From: Trichosphaerium sp. ATCC 40318
Taxonomy: Eukaryota > Protista > Tubulinea
Length of the DNA stretch: 64,000 nucleotides
Reading direction: 5' to 3'
Assembly: GCA_038496445.1 (NCBI GenBank)
Contig: JALMLS010000536.1
Span: 62,001 to 126,000 of the forward strand
Below the pieces are notes generated by a model. The model was not told where the DNA came from. It made no database searches and saw nothing but the letters and a program-made list of their open reading frames with translations. Positions 14,848 to 27,884 of the stretch are shown piece by piece (within the stretch, counting starts at the first letter, position 1; each line of letters begins with the position of its first letter). Both the position numbers and the translations under genes were made by a program.

Positions 14848-15451
14848 ATGGCCGACACACCTGCTCAATACAAAGCATCTTGTTTTTGCAAGGCTGTACA
14901 ATTTACTACGATTGGAAAGCCCATATTATCTTGTTATTGCCACTGCACATTATGCCAACGCATCACGTGCTCACCCTGTGCATTAGTTGTAAGACACCTT
15001 TAGCTTTGTTCCAAGTTTTATTGAACTTTAGGCTATTTACGCTGACAAACAGTTTACTATCACTAAAGGCGCTGATAATATAGCCTATTTTGATAGCTCA
15101 AAAAGATTACAGAGAGGACATTGTAAGACATGCGGAACGCCATGTGCTAATAAAATAAAGGCGGGAGGTATGTGTTTTGATTTAGAAGTAACCTTAACAC
15201 AACTAGACGGTAATTTCATGTATTCTGCCCAACTGCCTCTGTTTGATGGTTATGTTGACGGTAAACTAGCAAATGTACTGAAACCAAAGGTTCATATCTG
15301 TTATGACAATCGTGTTGTTGATATCAAGGACGGTTTGCTAAAGTTGAAGGTACAACTTTTTTTTTTGATTTTTTGAAAGTTGGCGTTTAACTATGAGACA
15401 CAGGATATGCCAAAAGAATTTGGTGGTTCTGGAGATATATTTGAACATTAG
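14848..15451 (+). CDS. GFA/CENP-V family zinc-binding protein
   Basis: ASCFCKAVQF, CYCHCTLCQR, HCKTCGTP, PKVHICY; three introns. Confidence 0.9.
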
Positions 15452-15569
15452 CGAGGAATGGGAATAAAAAGTAATTTTTTCCGGAAAAAACGAAGAAAAC
15501 GATGCATCTTTTTTTTTCAGATACATTTTTGTTTCTTTTCGGTTTTATCGCCGTAAACGTTGTGTGACT

Positions 15570-18500
15570 TTATGGTAAGTACAAAGCGAAATCATAGTTG
15601 CCTGAGCCAATACTGAATACCACGTGACCATTTTGAAGAACAGCTGAATTCACTCCAAGAACACCTATTATCGTATTAGTGAGAAGCTATATTTACAATC
15701 AACAAACCTGGAACGAACTGTTTGTCTTTCCATACAATAACACCACCTTCACGAATAACGTCATAACTCTCAATCAATGGTACCCAAACTCTCCCTGTAC
15801 TGCTAAGTGGTACTGTTACGCTGTGTTTGTAAATAGGCATTGTACAACCAGTCGCCTACAGCAAAGTTAGTGCCACAGCAAAAAGTACTAGATTCCGTAC
15901 TTGGACTACAAGTTTCGTTTTCATACCAAGTTCAGTCCATTGCAACAAATCTGATTTGCAAGTACTTGGTTTTATGGATAAATCCACATATACAGGAACA
16001 GTACACTTTGCCTTTCCTGTACAAGCAGATGAAACGATTGATGTTATATTCTAATTAAAATAAAGTCAGAAAAAAAGAAGAAAATACTGTTTTCTCTGTT
16101 CGATTGTTCTTACAATTCCTGTGCATCCACCGTGTTGATAGTTACCACAATAACCAAACGGAAATCCATAATCAGCAAATTGAATATCGCTAATGTAGCC
16201 CTTAAAAGTCTTATCAGTATAAATAGAAACGTTGAATCAGAAAACTCTTTCTGAGCTCGTACTCCGTTTTCACAAGCAAGCTCTAAATTGTCTCCAAAAT
16301 AAGCTTCTGCGCATATTGGTATAGATTCTGATGCACTAAAAATTTGCCAATTTGATGCGACTTCTCCCTTGTATGTCCTAATACTTGACGAAACACTAAA
16401 AAATACACTTATTCAAAAGGTATTCAAAAAAGTTGTTTTAATGAATTCAAAAAAACCTTGTCAGTCTGTGTTTTACTTCAGTAACACGTGGATAAAACTC
16501 TATTTCATCAAAACCTATTGATCCTTCTGCCTAAATCCTCATAAGTCGGAAATATTCTCTGAGTTTTTTTGAAAGGAAATAACACTCAAAAAAGTGTTTG
16601 ACTTTGTGTTGTACCAAGTTAATGCCAGCCAAAGCTTTATAGCACCAATCTGTAAAAGAACATAGAGCTTGATGATTTCTACTCAATACATTATCTTTAT
16701 AAGCATACCAGCTCTCCCATATCGTTGTTGCACCACTCTAAAAAACAAAGAACTTTCAGCGAAAAAAAACACTGTGTACAAATATCTTTCTTACTTTTAT
16801 CATATACGCAAATGAAGGATACGTATCTTGAAGAAGCGCATCTAAAGCTACTTTTGTGTAACCCAAGTTGGTCAACTCCAGGAACATCCATTTGGTGCCT
16901 GAAATAAAGGACATGTTTCAGTTATTTCTTTTGAAGTGTGCCACTGAGTACCGTGAATGCCTGTTTGTATATGACCGGATTGATCATCTGTAATTGTACT
17001 CACAGTACGCTGTATAAGATCATCTTTAGATTCTTGAGGCACAAGGTCTTTATACAACGCAATGATTTGCTCTGTTTCCCACCTTACAAAAAATGTCGGT
17101 TAATAGGTTTTTTTTGAAAAGCTTTCCGACGTACCCATGGCCATAAGTCATTGTAGTTTTATTAAAAAAAGTTTCCCATGAGCTTCGAACACGGCTTGCT
17201 TGTTTCTTTTTTAAATGTTATTGGTGTTATAATGTACACAATGTACCTTAAGGAAAGAAGCATCTTTTTGTTTGTCAAGTTTTTCAGCAAATTCAGCAAC
17301 AATCTCCAATTCTGACAACATGTAGAACTTGTATGTATCTTAGATAAGGAGATAGTACTCTATTTAGATTTCTTACAGAAGATAGAACACTTGATGCACA
17401 ACATCCTTTCTCTAATCCAAGCCAGTCACCATAGAACGAATCCATAAGTAATCCTGTTTTGTTATCAGATTGAGAAATAAGAGACTCAACATACTAGATA
17501 GAAAACATTATGTCATGAAGATGCACAAGATAAATGATATCCTACGCACTTTATACACGCCATCATACATCTCGTTAACTATTTCCAAGTCGCCAGTGTA
17601 TAAATACAGATAGTATAGATTGAATGTATATCCAGCTCCCCAAGCTGGATCAGCAGGTGTTCTTCCAAGGCCATCTGCATTAGGAATAACCTCTGGTACT
17701 GAACCATTATTTGTACTATTGTAAAACACTTGATTATCTCTTATATCATGCACCCATTTTGTTAGGGCTACAAAGGCATCAGAGAACAAAAAAACTGATG
17801 CAAAGAAGGGGAAAAAATGTCTGTACCAGCGCCCATGCTGAACTCCTTCATATTCGCTTCTAGAGGCAAAAAAGAGTCGGCCATCCACCCTCTACGTTCT
17901 CTCTGTAAATTGTAAGTGGATCAGAGGCAGGTTTGGTGGTTTTACTTGTGGACAATCAGTTGGAACATTCAACCAATTACTCAGTCTTGCATAAACTGAT
18001 GCAGATTGTAAATCGTTCAATATTGGTTCAGAAAACACGATATTTCCTGTTTGTTTTAAATCTGTATGTAAAAAATACGCTGTAAGTGTAGACCTTGTCG
18101 GTACACCACTATAACCAACTAAAGCGACATATCTAACAGGAATAAAATAAGAATATGTTCACAAAAACAAAACCAGAAAAGTGCAGCTACCTGAAACCAA
18201 ATGACGAAAATTTTGGTTTGTATACTTCTAACCCGCTTCCTTTACATATATATTTTGTAACCTCTAGAACATTGTTCCGTTCAGAATCAAACTGAAGCGT
18301 TAAGTCATTGTTAGTTGATAAAAACTCTGAATGAAATAACTCAATCTGTCTTCCACGGGAACCTTTTGCAAAGTCATAAGTATTAGATGTGATTTGAAGA
18401 TCTTACATTGTATCTTGATACTACAATAACCGGCAATTGTTTGGCCAAAGTCAAATATGAACACCGAGGCATTGCTAGGAGACTGCCAAACTTTCAATGC

Positions 18501-20051
18501 TGAAAAAGTTTGTGTTTCTCGAATTGGAGGCATCATCCTTAGAACTGTTACTAACATACTGCTACGATCTCACCTACAAAGCTCGCATGTCTCCTCTTTT
18601 GCTTAATGGTGTAGAAGAAGCGGAGGCATATGTCCAAGCACTATCATTAAAGCCAACATCATCCCAACCCTGCAAAAAAAAATTCAGGAAATCACAAATC
18701 ATTGCTTTTTTTGTAGTACAGTTTGTTCTAATCGAGCATCATAGTGTTCGCCTGCATACACATCGTTCATTATTATCGGGCCCTAGAGAACCAAATTAAG
18801 GAATAAATAGAGAATATCAAGCTAAGAGAGAAGCAGATACACAAATCAAAGTAGCTGTGAGCGATGAACATCTTTGAGCTCACCTTGGATACTTTCCACT
18901 TTGTAGATGTCGGCACGCGTATCGTTTCACCAGATTTGTATTTGATGGACAAAAATGCAGATACTCTGTTAGATGCTTCAAGAAGCTCTGAGAACAAAGG
19001 TTCATTGTACCTAAGCGAAGTTCATACAATATACTACTTATTTAAAGATTATACCATCCATTGCCTAACTCAACGCCAATCACGTTTTCACCGTCTTTAA
19101 TTGCATCTGTAACATCATATACATCATATAAAATTGTTTCACGAAACGTTGTAAAATGACCCAGGACATGATCACCCACTTTAAGTCCATTCATCCTTGC
19201 TTCATACCTACAATTAAAAACACTTAAAATTTGCTAGCTCTGTATAATGTACCATCCCAGACCCACTATGTAAAGGCGTGCAACACTGACACTTGTTTTT
19301 TTAACCATGAAAGCTACAACAAATAAGAGAATCGAAGGCCGAAGAAAGTTATAGCAAGATATTGAGTGACGTACTGCTACGAAAGAGGTCACCACCAGTT
19401 ATCCATGATGCACCACTATCCTCCCATTCATATCTACCTTTAATAGCCATATCGAATCTAGCGACTTTACTCCATGGTGATACAGTATCGCCATCCCACC
19501 AGCGAACTTTCCTATTTTTGTATAAACTTGTGAACTTTAGTTTAGAGACGAGTACCAGAAGTATGATTGGTCTGAGAGCAAATCCTCCGCTTCTTTCGGG
19601 TATTTGATATTGTTAGATTGGGAAGATACAACCTCGGGAATATGTTAAGACAATTATGGACGTTTTGAAAAACAAAAAAAAGAAATACTGTCTTTTGTAA
19701 TCACGTGATGGTTGGATACCTTTTTTGAATCCCATGTATCACCTAGCAGAACGCCTGAATCCGTCGATACTTGTATTTGATACGCATATTGCGATTGGTT
19801 TCGTTCTAATCAATTTATCCGTAATACACTGCATTACACACGCTACCTGATGGTGTGGAGTACCAAGAAAAGCGAGGATTAAACCTATCAACGCCAATTA
19901 CAGGACTTTCCATGTATTCAACCAGTAACTGCTGTGGAGGGTACAATACTCTACTGCAATGCGCTAGAAAACAGTTTTAGATAAAAATAAGGTAGATTCG
20001 CCCACCATAAACCAAAAGCAGGATCAAGAACAAGACAAAAGCGTTTGACAT
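15570..20051 (-). CDS. Secreted GH78 alpha-L-rhamnosidase with an inserted SUEL/Gal-lectin-like domain
   Basis: Signal peptide, PRFSW, DFGQTIAG, VPTDCPQRERRGWMAD, DPAWGAG, TGIHGT, TYPSF, GSGNYDF. Confidence 0.9.
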
Positions 20052-20296
20052 GGTCCTAGTAACGTGTGATTCAAAAACCGTTCATAAAATCATGTGATTA
20101 GTCATTCTTAATTCAACTGAGGTGGACTTAAGAGCTGCACTAACTATAACCAAAACAGTACTACTGGTCCAACCAGCCAGAACTTAGCGATGACAATCGA
20201 GATAAAACGCTTCCCGTTCGATTTTGCGGAAATCCTTGACTAATCCTTGACTGAGATAAGCTTTTTTTATTGAAAGTAAATCTGTTTGATAACAAG

Positions 20297-20916
20297 ATGT
20301 CTGAAACTGAGGGAGGAGAATCGAAGAAATATGGCTGGAAGGAAATTGGATTGTTTATCGGATGTGGCGTATTAATAGTACAGTTTGGAATTAATTATAA
20401 CATGAAAGCTTATTTTCCTAGCTTTTGGGTATTATAAACTTCATATTCGGTACAGGCATTCCTTTTGTCGGGTATATTGTTGGTATGTCTTCAAAAGCGT
20501 CCATATCACTAACAAACGCTGGAAAGGTGCATGTCAAGTTATTGTTGGCATCTTTGGAATTGTCGGAGTTTTTTTTAAGAGCAAAAAGCTCGTTTGGTTC
20601 GTATCCGCACTACTACGCATTTTTTAGCGTCAATTACGTGTTTTTGGCGTAAAGCAGCTTTTTTTTTGTTAGAATTCCTTAACGTGCTTCGTTAATGCTT
20701 GGTGTCGCGATTTTGTGTATACTCACTGTCATACAACTAATTATTTGGTTGTTTACTTCAAACAAGAAGGTGATCAACTTGGTTTTAACGCTCATCGCGT
20801 TTGTGTTCTACGTGCGTACAAACTAAGTGAAAATACGCCACAACAAACTAACTGTTCATCAGGGAGGCATGTTTCTACTTTCATGGCTATTCCGCGACCG
20901 CAAATTGTTTTACTAA
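20297..20916 (+). CDS. Small four-transmembrane protein of unknown function
   Basis: MSETEGGESKKYGWKEIGLFIGCGVLI..., four hydrophobic helices when the 20601 intron is spliced at a U12-type acceptor. Confidence 0.7.
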
Positions 20917-21257
20917 AGCAATTATAATGTAACAAAGCACGTTAGTGCTTAGGTAAGTGATGCATAAGTATTGGACATACTATTGTCCATTTCACTTTAC
21001 ACATACATAAACAAGTATTACATAAAGAGTTGTTATTATCACAATGGATTCATGCCAGCTGGCGGTTGTAGTAATGAGCATTTCTTAACAACAATTCGCC
21101 TCAACATCAGGCAGCAACGCTTTTCTGGTGTAGCTACTGTTGTACGAATTCATTCTCTGTTGTAGTTGTGTCGGAAGAAAAACTTGCAAAGTTTTTGTAG
21201 TCTCAGTTTTTAGTTTAAGGACGCTCTTTGCCTCAATTAGATTAACAGCGAAGAGTC

Positions 21258-23964
21258 ATGTTACAGAGATTACTTGCCCGTAGCGTCTGTATTTTCTTGT
21301 TTTCGATAGCACTTTCCAGTACTATTGTCAGTTCGTCTTGCTCTGCAGGACAACGAGAAATAACTATTACGTTCGACGAGAACATCGTGCCTGGTTCAAC
21401 CGTTACGGATGAATACTACGAAAGCTCTAAAATATACTTTGAATCCTTCGGTGCGTACTGCTTTGCATTCTAAGCGATGTCTATCTTTTGTCGAAGCACT
21501 ATTATCTCTAACTCTGGTAAAGATCCCACAAGCCATCCAGCAACCCTGTTTAACTCCACCAACCCACCTTTAAACGCTTTGGCTTTTGGCACTCCTAATG
21601 AAAACTATGGTGGTGTTGGCGTAGGCCCAGGTGGCTCAAACAACAGGTACGTGCTCTAGGTAACGCTGGCACTTCTTGTAGACTAGTGCTAAATATCGCG
21701 TAGACTTGAGTTGCATCAAATTTTAATCCTAGGACAACCAGCAGACAACGCACCGTACATTGTACGCTCAAGCACTAATTGCTACAACCATTAATACGTT
21801 TTTGTAGAATGGAGGAATTCTACGTCTTCAATTCAGCACAGATGTTAGTTTATTGAGCTTGCAAACTATCAGCGCTAACAGCGATTGGGAGCTTAGACTG
21901 TATACAGAAAACGATGTCCTAATTGACACGTATTCTCCCTTCCAGACAACTCTGAACAGCGTTGAGTTTCTTGAAATATTTAGAGATGACGTTCGCTATG
22001 GTATTATAAATACAACAGAAGCTTTTGGTATAGACAATATACATTACTGCGTTATAGTACGTCACTGCGTCTTTACTATCAGTACTTTAAGTGAGCTGTC
22101 GCTTATTTACTTTGCTATTTAGGACGTTTGTGACGACCTTGATGGTAGTTCGGGTATGTCACTTGAGTATAAGATACTCAATCATCCAGATAGCGTTAAT
22201 GATTTTGGTGGAGATGCGTTCGGTACGCAGTAACGTACTAATTGTAAATATCTTCTTTTTAGTTTTTTATTTTTATTTCTACAATCCTACTTACACTCTG
22301 CAACAGGGTTACGCCTAGATAATTTCTTCCACATAATCTCAGAACTTCCTCTTCGATACACCATGCTTAATGCAACCTTTGATTTCGAATCAGATGCTGC
22401 TGGTACAAAACCAGTCATGAAGATAAACGCTACAGATCTTTCTATTAATATAAAGGGAGAAATTATGCTTCAGCAACTGGACGAACTATATTGCATAGAC
22501 TTTACATACCCTTCCGTAAGCTTCCTTTTTAAAACATAACAACTTTCTCTTTAATAACATGCTGTATAGATAGCATTCGGTAATCAAACCACTGATTGGC
22601 TTGTTTCCGCTCTAGATGTACCTTTTCAAAAGTTTCATCTGTACAGAGGATTTTGCAATGATACACCACCTGAAGTAAAGGTATCACTTCTACAATTTGC
22701 GCACAATGAACCAAACGAATACTTCTTTTTAGAACAAAGTACGCTACAATGTTCTCCTGCTTATCTGAACTTGTGTAGATTATAGAAACTATAGCGGTAT
22801 ATCAGGTTACGGAGGACTCTCTACATCTTATGACATTCTAGAATCTGAAGAATTTGACCCCGAACAGTAAGTGCTAGTAATTTTCTTTGAACCTTAAATT
22901 TGTCCTTTAGGTACTTTTTATTTACTGTTGAATGTGCCACCATTGATCCTACTCTTGCACCCACTACTGAACCTCCAACGACCGAACCACCTACTACTGA
23001 ACTGCCAACCACTTCACCACCAACCACAACACCACCTACTACACAACCGCCTATGACCCTACCGCCAACTACGGTTGTACCAACCACGGAGCGACCTACT
23101 GAAGCACCAACTATGATACTATCACCGCCCCCAACTCCTACTCCAACATCACAGCCCACAATGTATATTCCAAGAACGTGCCCTAATGGTACTAATTCAA
23201 GATATGTAAGCTTTGATGATATTACAGCTGGTGAACTAGTTATGAATCACTACAACACATCCAATATAATATTCAGCAACTTAATAGAAAAAAGATCACT
23301 TACAGTCATCAATTCATCAACAACAAGCTACACTGATTTTACAACTCCCGGTACAGGGATAGGAAACAAGTGCGCCAATAAATCTTGTTACCGTTACCTT
23401 TTTAACAAATGTATTAGTGGAATTGCAGGCAACGTTTTAATACCTTCAGAGAATGGTATCCCAATTACAAACGGATACTACAGGCTTCAGTTTACAAGAA
23501 GAACATTATTCCAATCCTTAGAAATCTTTGACTTGGATAAAGATGAATACCTTCATCTATTGTTCTACAATAACTATATTCTTCTCGCTGAAATACCCGC
23601 AGTGTCTTTGGGTGATAATAGTTTTCAAAGACTTGAAACATTCTTTACAGAGACAATAACAAGAATAGATATAGTAACAAATGGCACACATGCTATTGAC
23701 AATATTATCTTTTGTACATATCCAGAAGACGTATCTGTATTTGCTCCTTTTGGTACTACAACAAGAGGTAAGGTTGCACTACCTGTAGCTATATCTGTTG
23801 TACTATCATTACTGTTTGTCGTTGGTATTGGTGCATACTGGTTTGTTACAAAACCAGGTGAGGAGGCACCTCCTACAATTACACCAAGTGAAATGAACAC
23901 AGCAACTATTAACCCTCTTTTCAAAGGAGCAGGTGTATCGTTTACATCACCAATCCATGTTTGA
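21258..23964 (+). CDS. Type I membrane surface/adhesion protein with duplicated beta-rich domain, Pro/Thr stalk and integrin-beta-like tail
   Basis: Signal peptide; two ITFDE/VSFDD...IDNI domains; PTTEPPTT mucin-like stalk; TM helix; tail NPLFKGAGVSFTSPIHV*. Confidence 0.8.
22950..23160 (+). repeat. Coding PTT(E/Q)P low-complexity tandem repeat
   Basis: Repeated 15-nt ccNacNacNgaNcc units. Confidence 0.8.
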
Positions 23965-24060
23965 CTTGAATAAGTCAAAACTCTACTTAAATAAATGCCT
24001 GTCATTTACCTTTACCACTTTATTTTGATGACATTATGTACAACTGGCCGATGAGACAAC

Positions 24061-24137
24061 CACTAAGACTGCTCACTCCTTTGTCAGTTGTAAGCTTACA
24101 GCCATAAAAACTCATGACTTTAAAACCAACCAAGTGT
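24061..24137 (-). pseudogene. Orphan single LRR module homologous to the F-box/LRR genes
   Basis: Close match to 12721-12795 (taagactg.tcactcctttgtcagtt.taagcttaca); translates HLVGFKVMSFYGCKLTTDKGVSSLSG. Confidence 0.75.
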
Positions 24138-24220
24138 AATACAACGTCGACGTGTTTTGAGGCCTCAAGACTAATGTTGAAAAAATGACTTTTTGTAAAA
24201 CTAAGCGGTGTAGAGTTCGA

Positions 24221-27200
24221 ATGGCAAACGCTCCAATAAGAAGTGATTCTATAAACAAATTACTGTGGTACCATTCTAAAGGAGCCCTTACACATCTAAT
24301 CACGTTTTCTAACTCCCAAATACAAGGCTAGCAGCTGAATCAGATGACTTGATAAAGGTTAACCAATTATTGAGCGGTTCAACAGAAGAACCAAGCGAAA
24401 GGCTGTACAGCACCTTTTTTTGAAAGTTGTTTTTTCTAACACGTGTTAAAGGCTTGGAAAGCTCTTGGCTCTTGTTTGTAGCCATGGTAGATTAAAAGTC
24501 TTGAAATATCTTCTATCTTTTAGTAACATTAACGTCGACGTACTCATTGGCGAGTATAGCACGTGCGTAAATGGAAAACAAAGTAGTTCGTTTTATTCTC
24601 TGAAAGACGTATTGCAGGCCTCCTCTTTATATTGCTTGTGCCAAGTACGTATACTCAATGATCTATGTAAATACTTAGTGTGTAAACTAGTCATCATGAA
24701 TCTGTTGCCAGTGCGCTTATAGAAAAAGGTTGTAATGTAAATTTGGGTGACTGTCGTGGCAAGTCTTAGACCGTAGATTAACGTTACTGTTTGCTTACTC
24801 TTTCCCTCAGGCATTACACCCTTGAGGTAAGAATCGTGCAAATAACTAAAATGTAAGAATTAAGATGACCAGGATAGCATGTGAGAGAGGATTAGACAAA
24901 ATAACCCGAATGCTATTAGAGGCTGGTGCTGATCCAAAGTACAAAATATAACAATCGATTCATGCTCACCTTTTTGTTGTATTCCTCTCACCAATGACAG
25001 CTTGAGTTACTCGCCACTTATGCTTGCATGTTCGTAATATTTATACACTCTATTTTATTTCATTGATGTCTAAATAGCCCTCTATGGACATAAAGAATGT
25101 ATCAAAGTACCACTTGTTTATTTACATGTTACAAGCTTATAGCTGTTAGTTGCTTCTAGAATCGGGAGCCAAAGTGGAGACAGCTCGTCCACTTGATGGT
25201 AGTTACTTTAGCATATGACACCATTAATTAAATCATAGGATACACCGCTATTCTTTATGCTTGTACTACTGGAAATGCAGACGTTGTTCGAACACTATTT
25301 AAAGCACATAAACGAGAAGATACAAAAAGTATTGTTGTGTCGCCTTCTAAAGAAAGGCACGTGTAAAAGTTCATGTAAACATGGTAAAAACTAACGCCAT
25401 TTTAGGCACACGTGCTTGATAGTAGCAGCACGGTTCGGTCATGCAAATCTAATATCATTGTTACTTTCAAGGCACAGCATTGGCGTGAATTGGCAAGCAT
25501 ATAAAGGAGAAACAGCATTGTACTTTGCAACACAAAACGGTACATCACTAATCCTTCATTGCACAAAAAGGTTGATTGATTATGCTGTACAGGTCACCTT
25601 GATGTAGTACTACGTCTTCTACGTGTTACTTCTATACAAGTAGATTTACATTGTGGAAGTGATGCAGAAACAGCTCTGTGCTGTGCCGTCAAAGGTGAGT
25701 GTGCATGTTTTAAACCCGGGAATAATAGATTAACCTTGTCTTTGCGTCTAGAGGGACACGTTGATATTGTAAAGGCGCTCCTTGCCTCAGGTTCATCTAT
25801 GTACGCCGTAGATGGATATGGCCACACGATATTGTATTATGCTGCACGAAAGGGCAATCACAGATTAGTGCAACTTTTCATTACTCTTCTGAAGGATGAT
25901 AACACAACAACATTCCAAAAGAAATTTCCTGATATAGAGATTAGTGGGCTAATGTCAAAAGTAGCTCAACAATATAACACGTTTGATTACAAGAGAGGTA
26001 ATATGAAAGTATAACGCTTACTAATATTGGCTTATTTACAGGTCTTGTTTCTCGGGCACCTTGGATGTTCTCTGATAAAATGCTATTCCTTAAAGGATGG
26101 AATCTTGTTGCAGCTTCAAAGGTGAGATGAAGGCACCCTCTTATAGGAGCTTTGGAGGATGATCTTGTAAGGACAGTGTTGATTTTGATATAGGAGGTAT
26201 TGTCTGTTGACTATAGAACGTTTAATTTATTTCATCCTGATATGATGAATGTACCTGCAGTCATGTATGAAAGAAACCAGCTTTTAAGCATGCTTGATAA
26301 ACTCGGAGGCTTAAAAACATCCATCAAACAATGGAAGGTAAATATCGATAACACTAACATCATCTAATTGAGTTTTATTCAAGGTAACTAGTGCAATAGC
26401 AATTGACAACCCAGGTACAGTTCCTAGTGCTAGAGCACAAGCTGTTCGAAAAACGAACCAATAGTAAATTCTAACAAATTAGGAAGTAGCCTGAAACCAC
26501 GTGGTTACAAGTTGCCCTTTTTATTTTTGAAGGTTCTTAGTTAACTGCTGTTTTAGGGCTTCGATTGAGATTTGAGAATTGTATGGAAGCTATTGCTGAT
26601 AGACATAGGTTTGGTTTTTTTGGTGACTTGTATGCCCTAATTTTTTTTCGAAGGAGTCTTCCTGATTACTTTTGTGCAAAGTGGAATGAAGATGAAAAAA
26701 AAAGTCTTGTAATGAAAAAGTTTCAACAAAAAATAGATGCTGTTACTTGGAACGCAACAAAGATGGTACAATATTCTTGCTATCACCAAAATTTGCTAAT
26801 AGTCTTTTTAGTTGCCTGGTAAGGTACAACCAAGTCCAAGACTTGATGCTGTTGATAATAATTCGATATGTAGTACCTTCCTTCAGTTGAAGTTATGCCT
26901 GTGGTACATGGTACAAACAGTGATTCGGTAAAACCCCTTTGCCATACTGGTTTTGGCATAGCTAGGCGAGAAGGTGGAGATGGCGGTTGGTATGGACAAG
27001 GAATCTAGTACGCACTTTTTGACTAACAATGCAGGTTGTTTTTTCAAATACTCACATGTCCTAGCTTTACTTCTTATCTTCATTATGCCTTGAAATATGC
27101 ACCTGGAAATACAAAGGTACTAGTTGTTTTTGAACCAGTAAATAGAAACTAGTGAAATGAGACCAGTTTACTTTTTTTTGTTGTAGACAATTGTTGTTGG

Positions 27201-27599
27201 CTACGCCATTCCAGGCAACACATTCCCAGGTAACCTTAAACATGTGCCACATCAGTTGATTTGAATTAACATATTAATAAGTTACTGAGTCACACAGAGA
27301 TGAAGAATTAAGCTTACTTGGGAAACCAATAAAACCTGGTTATCAAAGGTAAAAATCAAAATCGGTAAAAAAATTGTTTGTCTTAAAAATATTTAGTCAT
27401 TATGTTGCTGTCAAGAAGAGTGGCGCATTACCAAGAAGATACAAAAGTGATATGGAAAGGGGATTGTTTGATGAACTGGTAATACCTCAAGGTGCTCACA
27501 TACAAGAACAATGTGAGCTTTTTACATTTTGTTATAGATGCTCAAGCCATTCCAAAATACGTTGTAGTACTTGACGAGGTCGATTCAAATCAAGATTAA
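24221..27599 (+). CDS. Ankyrin-repeat protein with C-terminal PARP-like (ARTD) ADP-ribosyltransferase domain
   Basis: Several ankyrin repeats, then VVHGTN...TGFG...DGGWYGQGIYFTSYLHYALKY...FDELVIPQDAQAIPKY (H-Y-E triad). Confidence 0.85.
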
Positions 27600-27884
27600 A
27601 AACCGGAAGTGCTACCTCTAAGAACGAGATAATGGTAAACACTCACAGTTGTGACAAACAAAACGGAATACGTGTGTAGTCACTACTAAACCATCTCACC
27701 CAAATACTTCTTAATAAATACTAACACGTGCACTGTTGAAAGACTGTTAACAGCGCTTCAGTAATAGACAGTTTGTGTAATTGAACAAGGCAACAGACAT
27801 ACATCAAATTTCACCAAGGGGAATCGATTGCAAGTGAACAAATTAGATTTATTGAGTTCCAATAACAGAAAAATGTTTTTAGCA

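Noticed and set aside
15190-15206. CCTTAAC near an acceptor in the GFA gene
   Set aside because: The donor is the U2 consensus GTATGT.
16812-16825. GTATCCTT on the minus strand
   Set aside because: It is coding sequence for the conserved TYPS motif of GH78.
20231-20252. Tandem AATCCTTGACT x2 resembling U12 branch sites
   Set aside because: It is intergenic with no associated donor; at most a local promoter duplication.
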